From contig CM075990.1 in the NCBI GenBank assembly GCA_038087875.1, forward strand, positions 868,001-932,000: a DNA stretch of 64,000 nt. Reading direction: 5' to 3'. Below are positions 37,801 to 49,736 of the stretch, one piece after another. The translations under genes and the position numbers were made by a program. Numbering within the stretch: the first letter of the stretch is position 1; each line of letters starts with the position of its first letter. Source of the stretch: Malacoraja senta (taxonomy: Eukaryota). The notes beneath the pieces were generated by a model that was not told the DNA's origin, did no database searches, and worked only from the letters and a program-made list of their open reading frames with translations.

Positions 37801-38742
37801 CGCTGATCGCCTTTAGGATGCCCATTTTTACCATGCCGTGCAGCGTCGATTCTACTTTGTCCTTCATGGCGAAGGAGACACGGTGTGGAGCACGGACCAC
37901 TGGCTCGACCTTGCGGTCGACTACAATCTTGTAGTTGCAGGGCAGCTTGCCCAGCTCATCATCAAAGCGGTCAGGGTATTCAGTCAACGGGTCCATGAGG
38001 GCCTGCACCTTGTGGATGTCACGGTGGAAGGAGACCAGGCCCAAGTCCTGGCATGTTTGGATGCCCAACAGGGTAATGCATTTGCGATCGAGGAGATAGA
38101 AAGTGAGGGGCTGAGAGGTATCCAGTATCTTGCAGCGCAGAGTTGCCTTTCCCACAGGAATAAGCAGCCCTCCCCCGTAAGCATGCAAAGATGAGCTATC
38201 CGAAAGAACCTTCTCATTAGTCCTTATCTTTTTGAAGAGGCTTGTTGACATAACATTCGCAACAGCTCCGGTATCAATATTAGCAGTGAAGGTCGAGTTG
38301 TTCACAGTAACTCGAACTGAAGGGTCTGTTATCACAGCAGGTGCATCAAAAACTGAAAACAGGCTGGTCTCCCCCTGAGAGGAGCCAGATTCAGACACAG
38401 ACTGTTCATCGAAATAGCACTGGGAGCTGAGCTCGCTATCAGCCTGTACCAAGTTGTTTAAAATACACCTCGGAGCAGCAAATGAATTCCCACGGGAACG
38501 GCATGCCGCAGCAAAGTGATTGGGTTTCTTGCAGTTGTTGCACGTTTTACCCAAAGCAGGGCATACATTGTATTGATGAGTGGCAAAGTTACAATTGGGG
38601 CACCTTTGCCGGGCACGTCCCCCGGGTGCAGTGGCGGACCCCGGGGCGCGTCCCCCTGAAGCAGTGCCGGACCCCGGGGAATCCGCCGAGAACTATGTCG
38701 CTGCGCTGCGACACCTGGACAGGGGGCTTCTTCCCCGGACAG
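37801..38742 (-). pseudogene. Inverted gag C-terminus (CCHC knuckle), protease and RT N-terminus
   Basis: Minus-strand ORF with CNNCKKPNHFAAAC, IDTGA, LLG...C..LGL and GILKAISDP. Confidence 0.9.
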
Positions 38743-38755
38743 GTGGGTCTCCACC

Positions 38756-41407
38756 ATGGTTGTTGCCGCGAAAAAGGACAAAAGCGAAATACGCATTTGC
38801 ATCAACCCCAAAGATCTCAACCTGGCCATTAAACGTCCGCACTACCCTATGAGAACAGTAGAGGACGTCGCTGCACAGGTTGGTCCGGCCACAATCTTTT
38901 CTGTGCTCAATGCCAAGAGCTCCTTCTGGCAGATACCGCTTGACAAGCAGTCCTCCATCTTGACAACTTTCAGCACCCCCTTCGGCAGATTTCGGTTCCT
39001 CCGAATCCCATTCGTAATCAACTCTGCAAGCGAGGTGTTCCAACGGACAATGGAGCAGCTGTTTACCGGTCTACCGTGCGCCATCATCGTTGACGACATC
39101 CTGGTCTACGGTAAGGACGTCGCCGAACACGACTTCCACCTCCGCCAAGTCCTAGACCGGGCCCGGAAAATCATCTTGAAACTGAACCCCAAGAAGTGCC
39201 GATTCCGCGTCCCGGAGGTCACGTATGTTGGGCATGTATTCACTGCCTCGGGGCTGAAACCCGACTCGCAGAAAACGGCTGCCATCTTCGGGATGTCTTC
39301 TCCAACTGATGTGCCCAGCCTGCAACGCATCCCAGGCATGGTAAGCTACCTGGGTAAGTTCATTCCCGACCTCAGCGAGCTCAGCGCACCCCTGAGAGAG
39401 TTGATAAAGAAGGACACGGCCTGGGCTTGGTTCCCCCAACACCAGAAAGCCTTCAACATCTTTAAATCCAAGCTAATCAGTACCCCCACACTCAAGTTTT
39501 TTGACCTGCAGCGTCCCATTATCCTCACCTGCGACGCCTCTCAGTTCGGGCTCAGTGCCGCTTGCCTACAGCTCCATGACGGCCTGCAGCTGCCTGTCTC
39601 CTTCGCGTCCCGCACCATGACCGCTGCCGAACAACACTACGCGCAGATCGAGAAGGAGCTACTGGCCGTGGTGTTTGCCTGCTCCAAATTCAAGGACTAC
39701 ATCCTGGGCAACACTTTCACCATCGAAACTGATCACCAGCCGCTTGTCACCATTCTCAACAAATCGATCCATGTTGCCTCATCCTGCCTGCAGCGCATGA
39801 TGCTGCAGCTCCAGCGCTTCACTTTTGAAGTGGTGTATCGTAAGGGCAAGGACATGTTCGTGGCCGACACGTTGTCCCGCGCCCCGCAAACATCCACCGA
39901 TCGCCACCCCTATGAGATGTCTGACCTGTTGGTGCTCCATGTGAATATTGTCCCTTCACAGCAGATGAAGTCCCTGGTTGAACACACTGCCAATGATCCT
40001 GCCCTGCAACAGCTTTCTGCCATCATCCAGCAGGGCTGGCCCGACCGCCGTTCCGCTTTGCCGGCTGGCGCCGTGCCCTACTTCCTGGTCCGCGATGAGC
40101 TCATACTACACGACGGCGTGGTGGTGAAGGGTCACAAGGTTGTCGTGCCTGCTGCGCTGCATGACCACTATTTTCAGGTCGCTCACCGCGGTCATCCTGG
40201 GGCCGAAGCCACCACGTCTCACGCCCAGAGCCTGTTCTACTGGCCTGGTATGGCTCAATACATCCGGGAGAGGGTCTCATCGTGTTCCACATGCAACAGT
40301 CTCGCCCCCCACCAGCAGCGACAGCCGCTCCTGCAACAGCCTGCCCCCGAACTGCCCTGGATGGCAGTTGCCGTTGACATTTTCGAGTGGCGGAGCAAGC
40401 ACTTCCTGGTCGTCGTCGACTCCTACTCCAGCTGGTTAGAGGTCGACCAGCTGTACTCCCTCACCTCTTCGGCCGTTGTCGACAAGTTGGGCCATCATTT
40501 TTGCACTTTTGGCACCCCGGCCAGCCTGCAGTCGGACAATGGCAGCCAATTCACGAGCTCAGAGTTTAAAGCTTTCGCATCCAGATGGAACTTCCGCCAC
40601 TTCACCAGTAGCCCTGAGTACCCGCAAAGCAACGGTCTGGCCGAGCGCGCTGTCCGTAGTGCAAAGAACTTGCTGGAACAATGTCGCTTGTCCAACTCCG
40701 ACTTCTATCTGGCCCTCCTCAACCTCCGCAACATCTCCCGCGACCCTAACATGGGCTCCCCTGCTCAGCGGCTCATGTCTCGCGCTACCAGACCTCCGAT
40801 CCCGGTGACCCAGCGCTCCCTCATCCCCTCTGTCCTCAAGCCTGCTGCTGTTCAGGAACGCATTGCCTTTAGGCACGATGTTCTGAAGCGTTCCCATGAC
40901 AGGTCCTGCCACCCACTGCCGCGCCTCTTCCCCGGACAGGTCGTCCGCATGCAGACCCCCTCCGGTCACTCCAAACTCGCTACCGTCGTCGGCTCTGCTG
41001 GGTCGACCATGCGGGGACCATTTACCGCCGGACCCGCTAACACCTGCGGCTCGTCAATGAGCCGCGACCGCCTCCCGCGGATCCTTTTGCTCCCCCGCTG
41101 CAGTTTCAGCACCCGGGCGATGCTCTGCCCGGTCGCATGCCACGATCTCTACCCTCTCAGCTCCTTCCGTCCCATCCTTCTCCGGCTTGTCCCCACTCGC
41201 CTTCCCGCGCGCTGCCCGCTGCTGAACCCTCATCTCCTCCTGCCTTTCTGCCCTTGTCTTCTCCGTCCCCTCCCGCTTCCCCCGTTCCAGTTCGTCGGTC
41301 CTCACCTGTGCCGCTTCTTCCTGCCGAAAGGGAGGATGGCGAGATGCGAACCCGATCGGGACGTGTTGTCAAGCCGCCTGTCCGATATGGTGATTTTGCT
41401 TAACTGA
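38756..41407 (+). CDS. Gypsy pol remainder: RT, RNase H, integrase; the last ~130 codons are probably out of frame
   Basis: IIVDDILVYG, CDAS, YAQIEKELLA, TDHQPL, HRGHPG...CSTC, SDNGSQF, NGLAERAVR. Confidence 0.9.
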   Translation: MVVAAKKDKSEIRICINPKDLNLAIKRPHYPMRTVEDVAAQVGPATIFSVLNAKSSFWQIPLDKQSSILTTFSTPFGRFRFLRIPFVINSASEVFQRTMEQLFTGLPCAIIVDDILVYGKDVAEHDFHLRQVLDRARKIILKLNPKKCRFRVPEVTYVGHVFTASGLKPDSQKTAAIFGMSSPTDVPSLQRIPGMVSYLGKFIPDLSELSAPLRELIKKDTAWAWFPQHQKAFNIFKSKLISTPTLKFFDLQRPIILTCDASQFGLSAACLQLHDGLQLPVSFASRTMTAAEQHYAQIEKELLAVVFACSKFKDYILGNTFTIETDHQPLVTILNKSIHVASSCLQRMMLQLQRFTFEVVYRKGKDMFVADTLSRAPQTSTDRHPYEMSDLLVLHVNIVPSQQMKSLVEHTANDPALQQLSAIIQQGWPDRRSALPAGAVPYFLVRDELILHDGVVVKGHKVVVPAALHDHYFQVAHRGHPGAEATTSHAQSLFYWPGMAQYIRERVSSCSTCNSLAPHQQRQPLLQQPAPELPWMAVAVDIFEWRSKHFLVVVDSYSSWLEVDQLYSLTSSAVVDKLGHHFCTFGTPASLQSDNGSQFTSSEFKAFASRWNFRHFTSSPEYPQSNGLAERAVRSAKNLLEQCRLSNSDFYLALLNLRNISRDPNMGSPAQRLMSRATRPPIPVTQRSLIPSVLKPAAVQERIAFRHDVLKRSHDRSCHPLPRLFPGQVVRMQTPSGHSKLATVVGSAGSTMRGPFTAGPANTCGSSMSRDRLPRILLLPRCSFSTRAMLCPVACHDLYPLSSFRPILLRLVPTRLPARCPLLNPHLLLPFCPCLLRPLPLPPFQFVGPHLCRFFLPKGRMARCEPDRDVLSSRLSDMVILLN

Positions 41408-43254
41408 TTCTAGCGCATGAGACGTGGTCGCCCTGTCACTATTGTGTTTGCCTTTTGTTTCCAAGGGGAAGGATGTAGATGATATATGCATGTGCCTTTA
41501 ATATAGTGACCTCATCACTACTAACCACTCCCCATATCACAAGTATAATTAAAACCTCCCCACCCACATATCGCTCTCTAGTTCTTGTGATAGACCACGT
41601 ACAGCTAGTGCTTTCTGTAATGCTGCAGTATGAATAAACAGAAATAAAGTAACAATGTGTCGATAACACTTCTTTACAGCCACCTTCAGACCTTTCAGCT
41701 TCCTTCTTCTTCGTACTATCAACTCTACTAACGTCTGCCCCCTGACTCTTGAATTTTAGGCATGTTGTTGGTTTCTTCGCTGTGAAGACTGAAGCTAAAC
41801 ACTTATTCAATTCTAATTCTTCACTCTTGCCTCTCCCTTACTCTTTATATATCAGAAGAATCTTTTGCTATCCTATTTTATATTATTGGCTAGGTTGCCT
41901 TCATATTTCCTCTTTTCTCCCCATGTTGCCTTTTTAGATACACTCCGTTCATTTTAAAAATATTCCCTATCATCTAGCTTCCCACTAATCTTTGCAATAT
42001 TATATGCCTTTTCTTTTAGTTTTATGCTGTCTTTGACTTCCCTTGTCAGCCACAGTAACCTCATTCTCCCCTTAGAATCTTTCTTCATCTTTGGAATGAA
42101 AAGATGCTGCATTTTCCAAATTATTCCCAGAAATTCCTGCCATTGCTGCTGCGCCGTCATTCCTGATAGGGTCCCTTTCCAATCAACTTTAGCCAGCTCC
42201 TCCCTCACGCCTCTAAAGTTACATTTACTTCATCTTCTTCCGCTCAAAGTGCAGGTTGAATTTTATCATATTATTGCTCACTATCTCCTAGGGGTTCCTT
42301 TACTTTAAGCTCCCTAATCAAATCCATTTCATGATTCAAAAAGCTGGAGTAACTGAGCTGAAGAAGGGTCTCAACCCGAAACATCACCTATTCCTTCTCT
42401 CCAGAGATGTTGCCTGTCCTGCTGAGTTAATCCATCTTTTTTGTCTATTTTTGGTTTGAACCACGATCTGCAGTTCCTACCTACCCGGTTCCTGATTCAT
42501 TCTCTGCAATAACAGTTTATAGATGCTGAGGCAGCATGTGGCTCAAGTGCCAATACATAGACCCGTACATATTTTGAGACCTCCCTGTTATTTTGTGCAA
42601 AAGGCAATTTGGAAGTAGAGTTAATTTTTTATCAACTAACAAATAACAGCTGGAGCCCCCACAAAGCATGACTGGAAAAGAAGACAACCCCTACCCCAAT
42701 TTATTTTTGAGAGGGAAGTGGGAAGTAAAATGTTATTGTTCAGAGTGCATATTGTGCAATTGTGAGTGCATATCACAATTAAACACTCATGAGTCATAGT
42801 CATAGAGTGCAGAAACAAGCCCTTCGGCCCAACGCATCCATGCTAACTAAGATTCCCCATGCAAGCTAGTTCCATTTGCTCATGGCAGAACCATCTATAT
42901 TACTAAAAGTCTGATCTTGACCGCTTTTGGCTAACTGTGCTGTGATTTCCGAGAGAACGCCGCCACCTACGGCCGTCATTTTTGGCCACCTCGCTCTGAG
43001 CCCCCCTCCGCCTTCCTGGACTGGAGGATTTTTCCCATCGATGAAAAATCTGAGAGCTATTAATGTTTTTTAAAAACTCGCCATTCTCTCTGCTCCCCCG
43101 CTGGCGGCAGGTGGGAGGGACTATAAAACCCGGAAGTGTCATGCCTCACTCCGTCTCTGCCAGATGCAGGAAGCGTGAGGGTCGTGGCTCTCTGAGCTGC
43201 GAATAACACTGAACGCACGTCTACTCCACGGTGAGTCCCCTCGATGTGGCTGTA

Positions 43255-45335
43255 AAGTGGCTGCTGCCAAATTGTTTGCCTCGCCTTTTGAAATGTTTGT
43301 GTTCACAAAATGAATTTTGGTTGTCAAGTGGCTGTGGCCAAATTGTTTGCCTCGCCTTTTAAAATGTTTGTGTTCACAAAATGAATTTTGGTTGTCAAGT
43401 GGCTGTGGCCAAATTGTTTGCCTCGCCTTTTAAAAAGTTTGTGTTCACAAAATGAATTTTCGTTGTCAAGTGGCTGCTGCCAAATTGTTTGCCTCGCCTT
43501 TTAAAAAGTTAGTGTTCACAAAATGAATTTTGGTTGTCAAGTGGCTGCTGACAAATTGTTTGCCTCGCGTTATAAAAAGTTTGTGTTCACACAATGAATT
43601 TTCGTTGTCAAGTATCTGTGGCCAAATTGTTTGCCTCGCCTTTTAAAAAGTTTGTGTTCACAAAATGAATTTTGGTTGTCAAGTGGCTGCTGCCAAATTG
43701 TTTGCCACGCCTTTTAAAAAGTTAGTGTTCACAAAATGAATTTTCGTTGTCAAGTGGCTGCTGCCAAATTGTTTGCCTCGCCTTTTAAAAAGTTTGTATG
43801 CACAAAATGAATTTTGGTTGTCAAGTGGCTGCTGCCAAATTGTTTGCCTCGCCTTTTAAAAAGTTTGTGATCACAAAATCAATTTTGATTGTCAAGTGGC
43901 TGCTGCCAAATTGTTTGCCTTGCCTTTTAAAAGTTTGTGTTCACAAAATGAATTTTGGTTGTCAAGTGGCTGCTGCCAAATAGTTTGCTTCGACTTTTAA
44001 AAAGTTTGTGTTCACAAAATGAATTTTGGTTGTCAAGTGGCTGCGGTCAAATTGTTTGCCTCGACTTTTAAAAAGTTTGTGTTCACAAAATGAATTGGTT
44101 GTCAAGTGGCTGCTGCCAAATTGTTTGCCTTGCCTTTTAAAAAGTTTGTGTTCACAAAATGAATTTTGTTTGTCAAGTGGCTGCTGCCAAATAGTTTGCT
44201 TCGCCTTTTAAAAAGTTTGTGTTCACAAAATGAATTTTGGTTGTCAAGTGGCTGCGGTCAAATTGTTTGCCTCAACTTTTAAAAAGTTTGTGTTCACAAA
44301 ATGTATTTTGGTTGTCAAGTGGCTGCTGCCAAATTGTTTGCCTCCCCTTTTAAAAAGTTTGTCTTCACAAAATGAATTTTGGTTGTCAAGTGGCTGCTGC
44401 CAAATTGTTTGCCTCGCCTTTTAAAAAGTTTGTGTTCACAAAATGAATTGGTTGTCAAGTGGCTGCTGCCAAATTGTTTGCCTCGCCTTTTATAAAGTTA
44501 GTTTTTCACAAAATGAATTTTGGTTGTCAAGTGACTGCTGCCAAATTGTTTGCCTTGCCTTTTAAAAAGTTAGTTTTCACAAAATGAATTTTGTTTGTGA
44601 AGTGCCTGCTGCCGAATTGTTTGCCTCGCCTTTTAAAAAGTTTGTGTTCACAAAATGAATTTTGGTTGTCAAGTGGCTGCTGCCAAATTGTTTGCCTCGC
44701 CTTTTAAAAAGTTGATGTTCACAAAATGAATCTTGGTTGTCAAGTGGCTGCTGCCAAATTGTTTGCCTCGCCTTTTTAAAAGTTTGTGTTCCCGAAATGA
44801 ATTTTTTTGGGAAGTGCCTGTTGCCGAATTGTTTGCCTCGCCTTTTAAAAAGTTGATGTTCACAAAATGAATTTTGGTTGTCAAGTGGCTGCTCCCAAAT
44901 TGTTTGCCTCGCCTTTTAAAAAGTTTGTGTTCCCGAAATGAATTTTTTTGGGAAGTGCCTGTTGCCGAATTGTTTGCCTCGCCTTTTAAAAAGTTTGTGT
45001 TCACAAAATGAATTTTGGTTGTCAAGTGGCTGCTGCCAAATTGTTTGCCTCGCATTTTAAAAAGTTGATGTTCACAAAATGAATCTTGGTTGTCAAGTGG
45101 CTACTGCCAAATTGTTTGCCTCGCCTTTTAAAAAGTTTGTGTTCACAAAATGAATTGTGGTTGTCAAGTGGCTGCTCCCAAATTATTTGCCTCGCCTTTT
45201 AAAAAGTTTGTGTTCACAAAATTAATTTTGGTTGTCAAGTGGCTGCTGCCAAATTGTTTGCCTCGCCTTTTTAAAAGTTTGTGTTCACAAAATGGATTGG
45301 TTGTCAAGTGGCTGCTACCAAATTCTTTGCCTTGG
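43255..45335 (+). repeat. 71-bp tandem satellite, ~29 units, inside the Helitron
   Basis: Unit AAGTGGCTGCTGCCAAATTGTTTGCCTCGCCTTTTAAAAAGTTTGTGTTCACAAAATGAATTTTGGTTGTC. Confidence 0.97.
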
Positions 45336-45751
45336 CTTGGTTTTTTTAATTGTTCCAACAGTTTTCGGATGGATAAAACGTGAATAAACATTTTATTAGA
45401 TCAGGACTGTTTAATTTCAAAATTGGCTGTCATTCCATCACTTCCGCTTAGTGGCAAGATGGCGCCGATGACATCATTTCCAGTTAACGTCAAGATTGCA
45501 CTGACTGCGTCATTTCCGGTTCGTGGCAAGATGGCGCTGACTGCACTGCAGAAGGCACAGTGAAGAAGTCGTTGAATAATTCAAGAGAGCTTACTGCTCT
45601 GTCTATGGTGAGTGTGTTTGTTGGACGTTATTTAAAGCACGTTTTTGCTTCACCAGCAGCCGCCTCTACGGGAGGCTTTAAACGTTTGAATCATTCAGTT
45701 TACACACTATGTTTATCACGTTCTGAAGTTACTTGGCATTTTCGTATTGGT

Positions 45752-45794
45752 TGTGAGTCTGTGTGTGAGTCTGTGTGACTGAGTCTGTCTGTGA

Positions 45795-45859
<65 letters not shown>

Positions 45860-46003
45860 AGAGTGTCTGTGTGTGTGTATTTGTGTGTGTGTGAGAGTGT
45901 CTGTGTGTGTGTCTGAGAGTCTGTGTGTGTGTGTGAGAGTCTGTGTCTGTGAGAGTCTGTGTGTGTGTGTGAGTGTTTGTGTGAGGTGGAAGGTGTGTGT
46001 GTG
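45752..46003 (+). repeat. (GT)n-rich compound microsatellite
   Basis: Read directly from the sequence. Confidence 0.95.
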
Positions 46004-47065
46004 ATCAACAAATAACAAATAGTACAAATAATATAGTCTTTCGTAGTTCAGAGCTTATTCGTTATGTTTAATAGCCTGATGGCTGACAGGAAGAGGCTGT
46101 TCCTCAATGTGGATGTTACAGTTTTCAGTTTACAAAAGTCGGACGTGACTCCAGATGTCGGGCATAAGTCAGTCAGTCACAAGCCATGATTCAGTCTGTC
46201 AGTCCAGAGGCCATGAGTGAGTCAGTCAGTCCAGAGACCATGAGTTAGTCCCAAGGCAGTGAGTCCAGAGGCCATGAGTGGGTCACTCACTGCTGCCCCC
46301 ACTGGCATCCCCACCTCAAGGCGCTGCCCTCCGCCTGGCTTTAGGATGCTCCCCTCCTGAAGCCGCCCTCTTCCCCCGCCGCAGGACACCCCCTCCCTCA
46401 TCAGCCCATGAGAGCCCCCGCCTGAAGCCGTCCCCCTCCCTCGGCTGCAGGACGTTTGCCACCCCTGGGGTGGAAGATTGCAACCTTCACGTGGTCCACT
46501 CTGTTTCGACTAATGCAATCAACTCGACGTGCACAAACAGAAGATCAAATAGAACAAGTTGTCGTACAACTTTAGGCTGTGCACACCATATGAAGGAAGA
46601 AGAAGCCACCCCCCACCCCACACCGACAGCCCCCGCCTCAAAAACATATTTTGCACAAATTCTTCAGTGAGTCCAGAGGATTGAGAATTACAACAAATTA
46701 CAACCGCTCAATCTATCTATATTAAAATTGTCTCTTTTTTAATCAACAGCAAATAGCCATCAAGAGACAGTGAGCAGCAGAACACAACAAGAGACACAAC
46801 AAGAAAGAACTTAATAATTCTCATCTTTAACATTTAATTTGTTCTTATATTTTAAGTCATTCACAATTTATACAATTTAATAAATCCTTTTTCCACTTTT
46901 CATGCCTGCGTGTTCTTCATCACAATGGGAACCTAATTGGCAGGGATGGCTGCTCTGTGGGAGAGCCACTAAGAGTGCATGGGGGGAGGTTGTGGGGAGA
47001 TGGACTGAATGTGTGGGGGGGAGGGGAATGGCAAGGAGCAGAGTGGAGGGATGAAGGGAGGAGGG

Positions 47066-47240
47066 GTGACTGAATGAACTGCCAGCGTACCAGGCGTGAG
47101 TGACTGCACTGCCAGCCCACCAGCTGTAAGTGACTGAACTGCCCGCCCAGCAGCCGTGAGTGACTGCACTGCCAGCCCACCAGCCCTGAGTAAGTGAACT
47201 GCCAGCCATCCAGCCATGGCTCACTGAACTGCCAGCCCAA
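47066..47240 (+). repeat. 30-bp tandem minisatellite inside the Helitron
   Basis: GTGACTG(A/C)ACTGCCAGCCCACCAGC.GTGA repeated about 5-6 times. Confidence 0.85.
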
Positions 47241-48725
47241 TAATCCATTCAGTCCACCCTCTCCCCCTTCTCTCTCACAGAGTCTGTCACCTGTTTTGGG
47301 CACAATTTCTGGCAGTTTCTCAGCTGCCAGCCTGCCAGGTCTGAGTGTCTGTGCTGCCAGGCCTCAGTGAATGAGCTGCCAGCCCAAGAATCCATTCGGC
47401 CCGCAATTTCTATACTAGCCCTCTTGAAACCCGACCCTTCGGCCCACAATACCCATACTAGCACAACAGAAAGTGCCCCCCCCTACTGGCCAGCAATATT
47501 GGAATTGGTGGAGAGGTGGAATATTGCGTTGGGTGACCAGTGCTCCCGTGTGATGCTGGAACCCAACGGGTCCCACTTAGTCTAGTATCCTTCTAAATCT
47601 TTCCCATCCATCTACTTGTGCAGATATATTTTACTCTCTTGGCTAGACAACTGATCATGTAGGCAATTGGTGTTGGGTGTTATTCCTCCCATTATGAAGG
47701 CAAAGTTTGTTAAATAAATTCATCACCAGAGTCTCTGCAAGAGGTCCAAATGTATAAATGTAATAATAAGGATCTGCAGATGCTGGTTTATACCAAAGAT
47801 GGATGCCAAGTGCTGGAGTAACTCAGCGGGTCAGGTAGCAGAACATGGATAGGTGATGTTTATGATCAGGACCCTTCTTCAGTGATTGCAGGGGTAAAAG
47901 GGAAAAAAACTGAAAATAAAAAACCTCTAAACCTATCCTATCCATGTATCCTCCAAATGTGTTTTAAACATTGTGATAGTCCCTGCCTCATCTGCCAGTT
48001 TGTTCCATATACCCACCACACTTGTGTAAAAAATTTGCCCCTCAGATTCCCATTAAATCTTTCTCCCCTCATCTTAAACTTAGCGTTCCTCTGGTTCTTG
48101 ATTCTCCTACTCTGGGTAAAGGATTCTGTGTACTTACCCAATGTATTCCTCCCATGACCATATACACTGCATGAGATCACCCCTCATCACAGGAGTCATG
48201 TAACAGAACATGCCTTGGTGCAAGGCAATCCTGAGATAAAGCACTGATATATTGTGGAGTACTTGACAACAGCTGCTTGATTAGTATGGGAATGAAGGAA
48301 TTTTCCATTCTTATCAAGGTATTGAGCATCTTCTGCTGCCTACAGTGGAAACCGATCTGTTTATTTCTGCGACCACAATTGTGCCGCTGGTAGAGATGCT
48401 GCCTCGCAGCGCCAGAGATTCAAGTTCAATCCTGATGTCGGATGCTGTCCATGTGAAGTTTGCACAACCTCTCTGTGATCGTGTGGGTTTCCTCTGGGTG
48501 CTCCGATTTCCTCCCACATCCCTAAGACTTGTGGGTTTGTAGGTTGATTGACCTATGTAAAATTGCCCCTGGTGTTCATAGGTTTATCTTCATGTGATAG
48601 GAGTAAAATTAGGTCATTTGGCCCATCAAATCTACTCTGCCATTCAATCATGGACGATCTATCCCACCCCTCCTAAACTCAATTCACCTGCCTTCTCCCC
48701 ATTACCCCTGACACCCGTACTAATC

Positions 48726-49736
48726 TTTCTTTACCACCCTATCTACATGAGATTCCACCTTCAGGGAACTATGCACAGTTATTCCTAGATCCCTCTGTTC
48801 AACTGCATTCCTCAATTCTCTACCGTTTATCATGTACGTCCTATTTTGATTTGTCCTGCCGAGATGTAGTACCTCACATTTATCAGCATTAAACTCCATC
48901 TGCCATCTTTCAGCCCACTCTTCCAAATGGCCTAAATCTCTCTGTAGACTTTGAAACTCGACTTCATTATCCACCACACCACCTATCTTAGTGTCATCTG
49001 CATACTTACTAATCCAATTTTCCACACCATCATCCAGATCATTGATGTACATGACAAACAACAGTGGACCCAACACAGACCCCTGAGGCACCCCACTAGT
49101 CACCGGCCTCCAACCTGACAAACAGCCATCCACCATTACTCTCTGGCATCTCCCATTCAGCCACTGTTGAACCCATCTTGCTACTCCACCATTAATACCC
49201 AACAATTTAATCTGTACTCATTTACTAGAATGTTGCCTGGGTTTCAGCAACTAAGTTACAGAGAAAGGTTGAACAAGTTAGGTCTTTATTCTTTGGAGCG
49301 CAGAAGGTTAAGAGGGGACTTGATAGAGGTCTTTAAAATTATGAGCGGGTTAGACAGAGTTGACGTGGATAAGCTTTTTCCATTGAGAGTAGGGAAGATT
49401 CAAACAAGGGGACATGACTTGAGAATTAAGGGACAGAAGTTTAGGGGTGACATTAGGGGGAACTTCTTTACTCAGAGAGTGGTAGCTGTGTGGAATGAGC
49501 TTCCAGTGGAAGTGGTTGAGGCTGGTTCGATTTTATCCTTTAAAAATAGATTGGATGGGTATATGGACGGGAAAGGAATGGAGGGTTATGGTCTGAGTGC
49601 AGGTAGATGGGACTAGGGGGAAGTATTTATTTTATTTTTTAATTAAAAATTTTAAAAAAAAATTTAATGTTCGGCACGGACTTGAAGGGCCGAGATGGCC
49701 TGTTTCCGTGCTGTAATGGTTATATGGTTATATGGT
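48726..49736 (+). mobile_element. CR1 LINE copy with 5' inversion
   Basis: 48726-49207 is an antisense RT segment and 49220-49736 is the sense 3' end with a GGTTATAT tail. TAATC flanks both ends. Confidence 0.88.

Larger units (their letters stand above)
37578..41678 (+). mobile_element. Ty3/Gypsy LTR retrotransposon with internal inversion and gag deletion
   Basis: 205-bp TG...CA LTRs (37578-37782 and 41474-41678), 5-bp TSD GCCAC, PBS at 37783-37800, PPT AAGGGGAAGGA, and domain order RT-RH-IN. Confidence 0.96.
36365..42325 (-). mobile_element. Old CR1 LINE hosting the Gypsy element and another short insertion
   Basis: The minus strand gives FVDDTKIGG, GPDGIYPRILKE and WLTREVKDSIK on either side of the LTR element. 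Confidence 0.8.
42894..47585 (+). mobile_element. Non-autonomous Helitron
   Basis: Starts TC(TATATTACTAAAAG) and ends CTAG. Subterminal hairpin GGAACCC-AAC-GGGTCCC at 47558-47574. Inserted between A and T with no TSD, and the flanks rejoin as a CR1 3'-end remnant (...aacca/tatccttctaaa...). Confidence 0.85.

Noticed and set aside
43255..45400. ORFs across the 71-bp array, or a CRISPR-like array
   Set aside because: It is a pure tandem satellite and the ORFs are repetitive translations.
45700..46027. His/Thr-rich ORFs
   Set aside because: They are translations of a (GT)n microsatellite.
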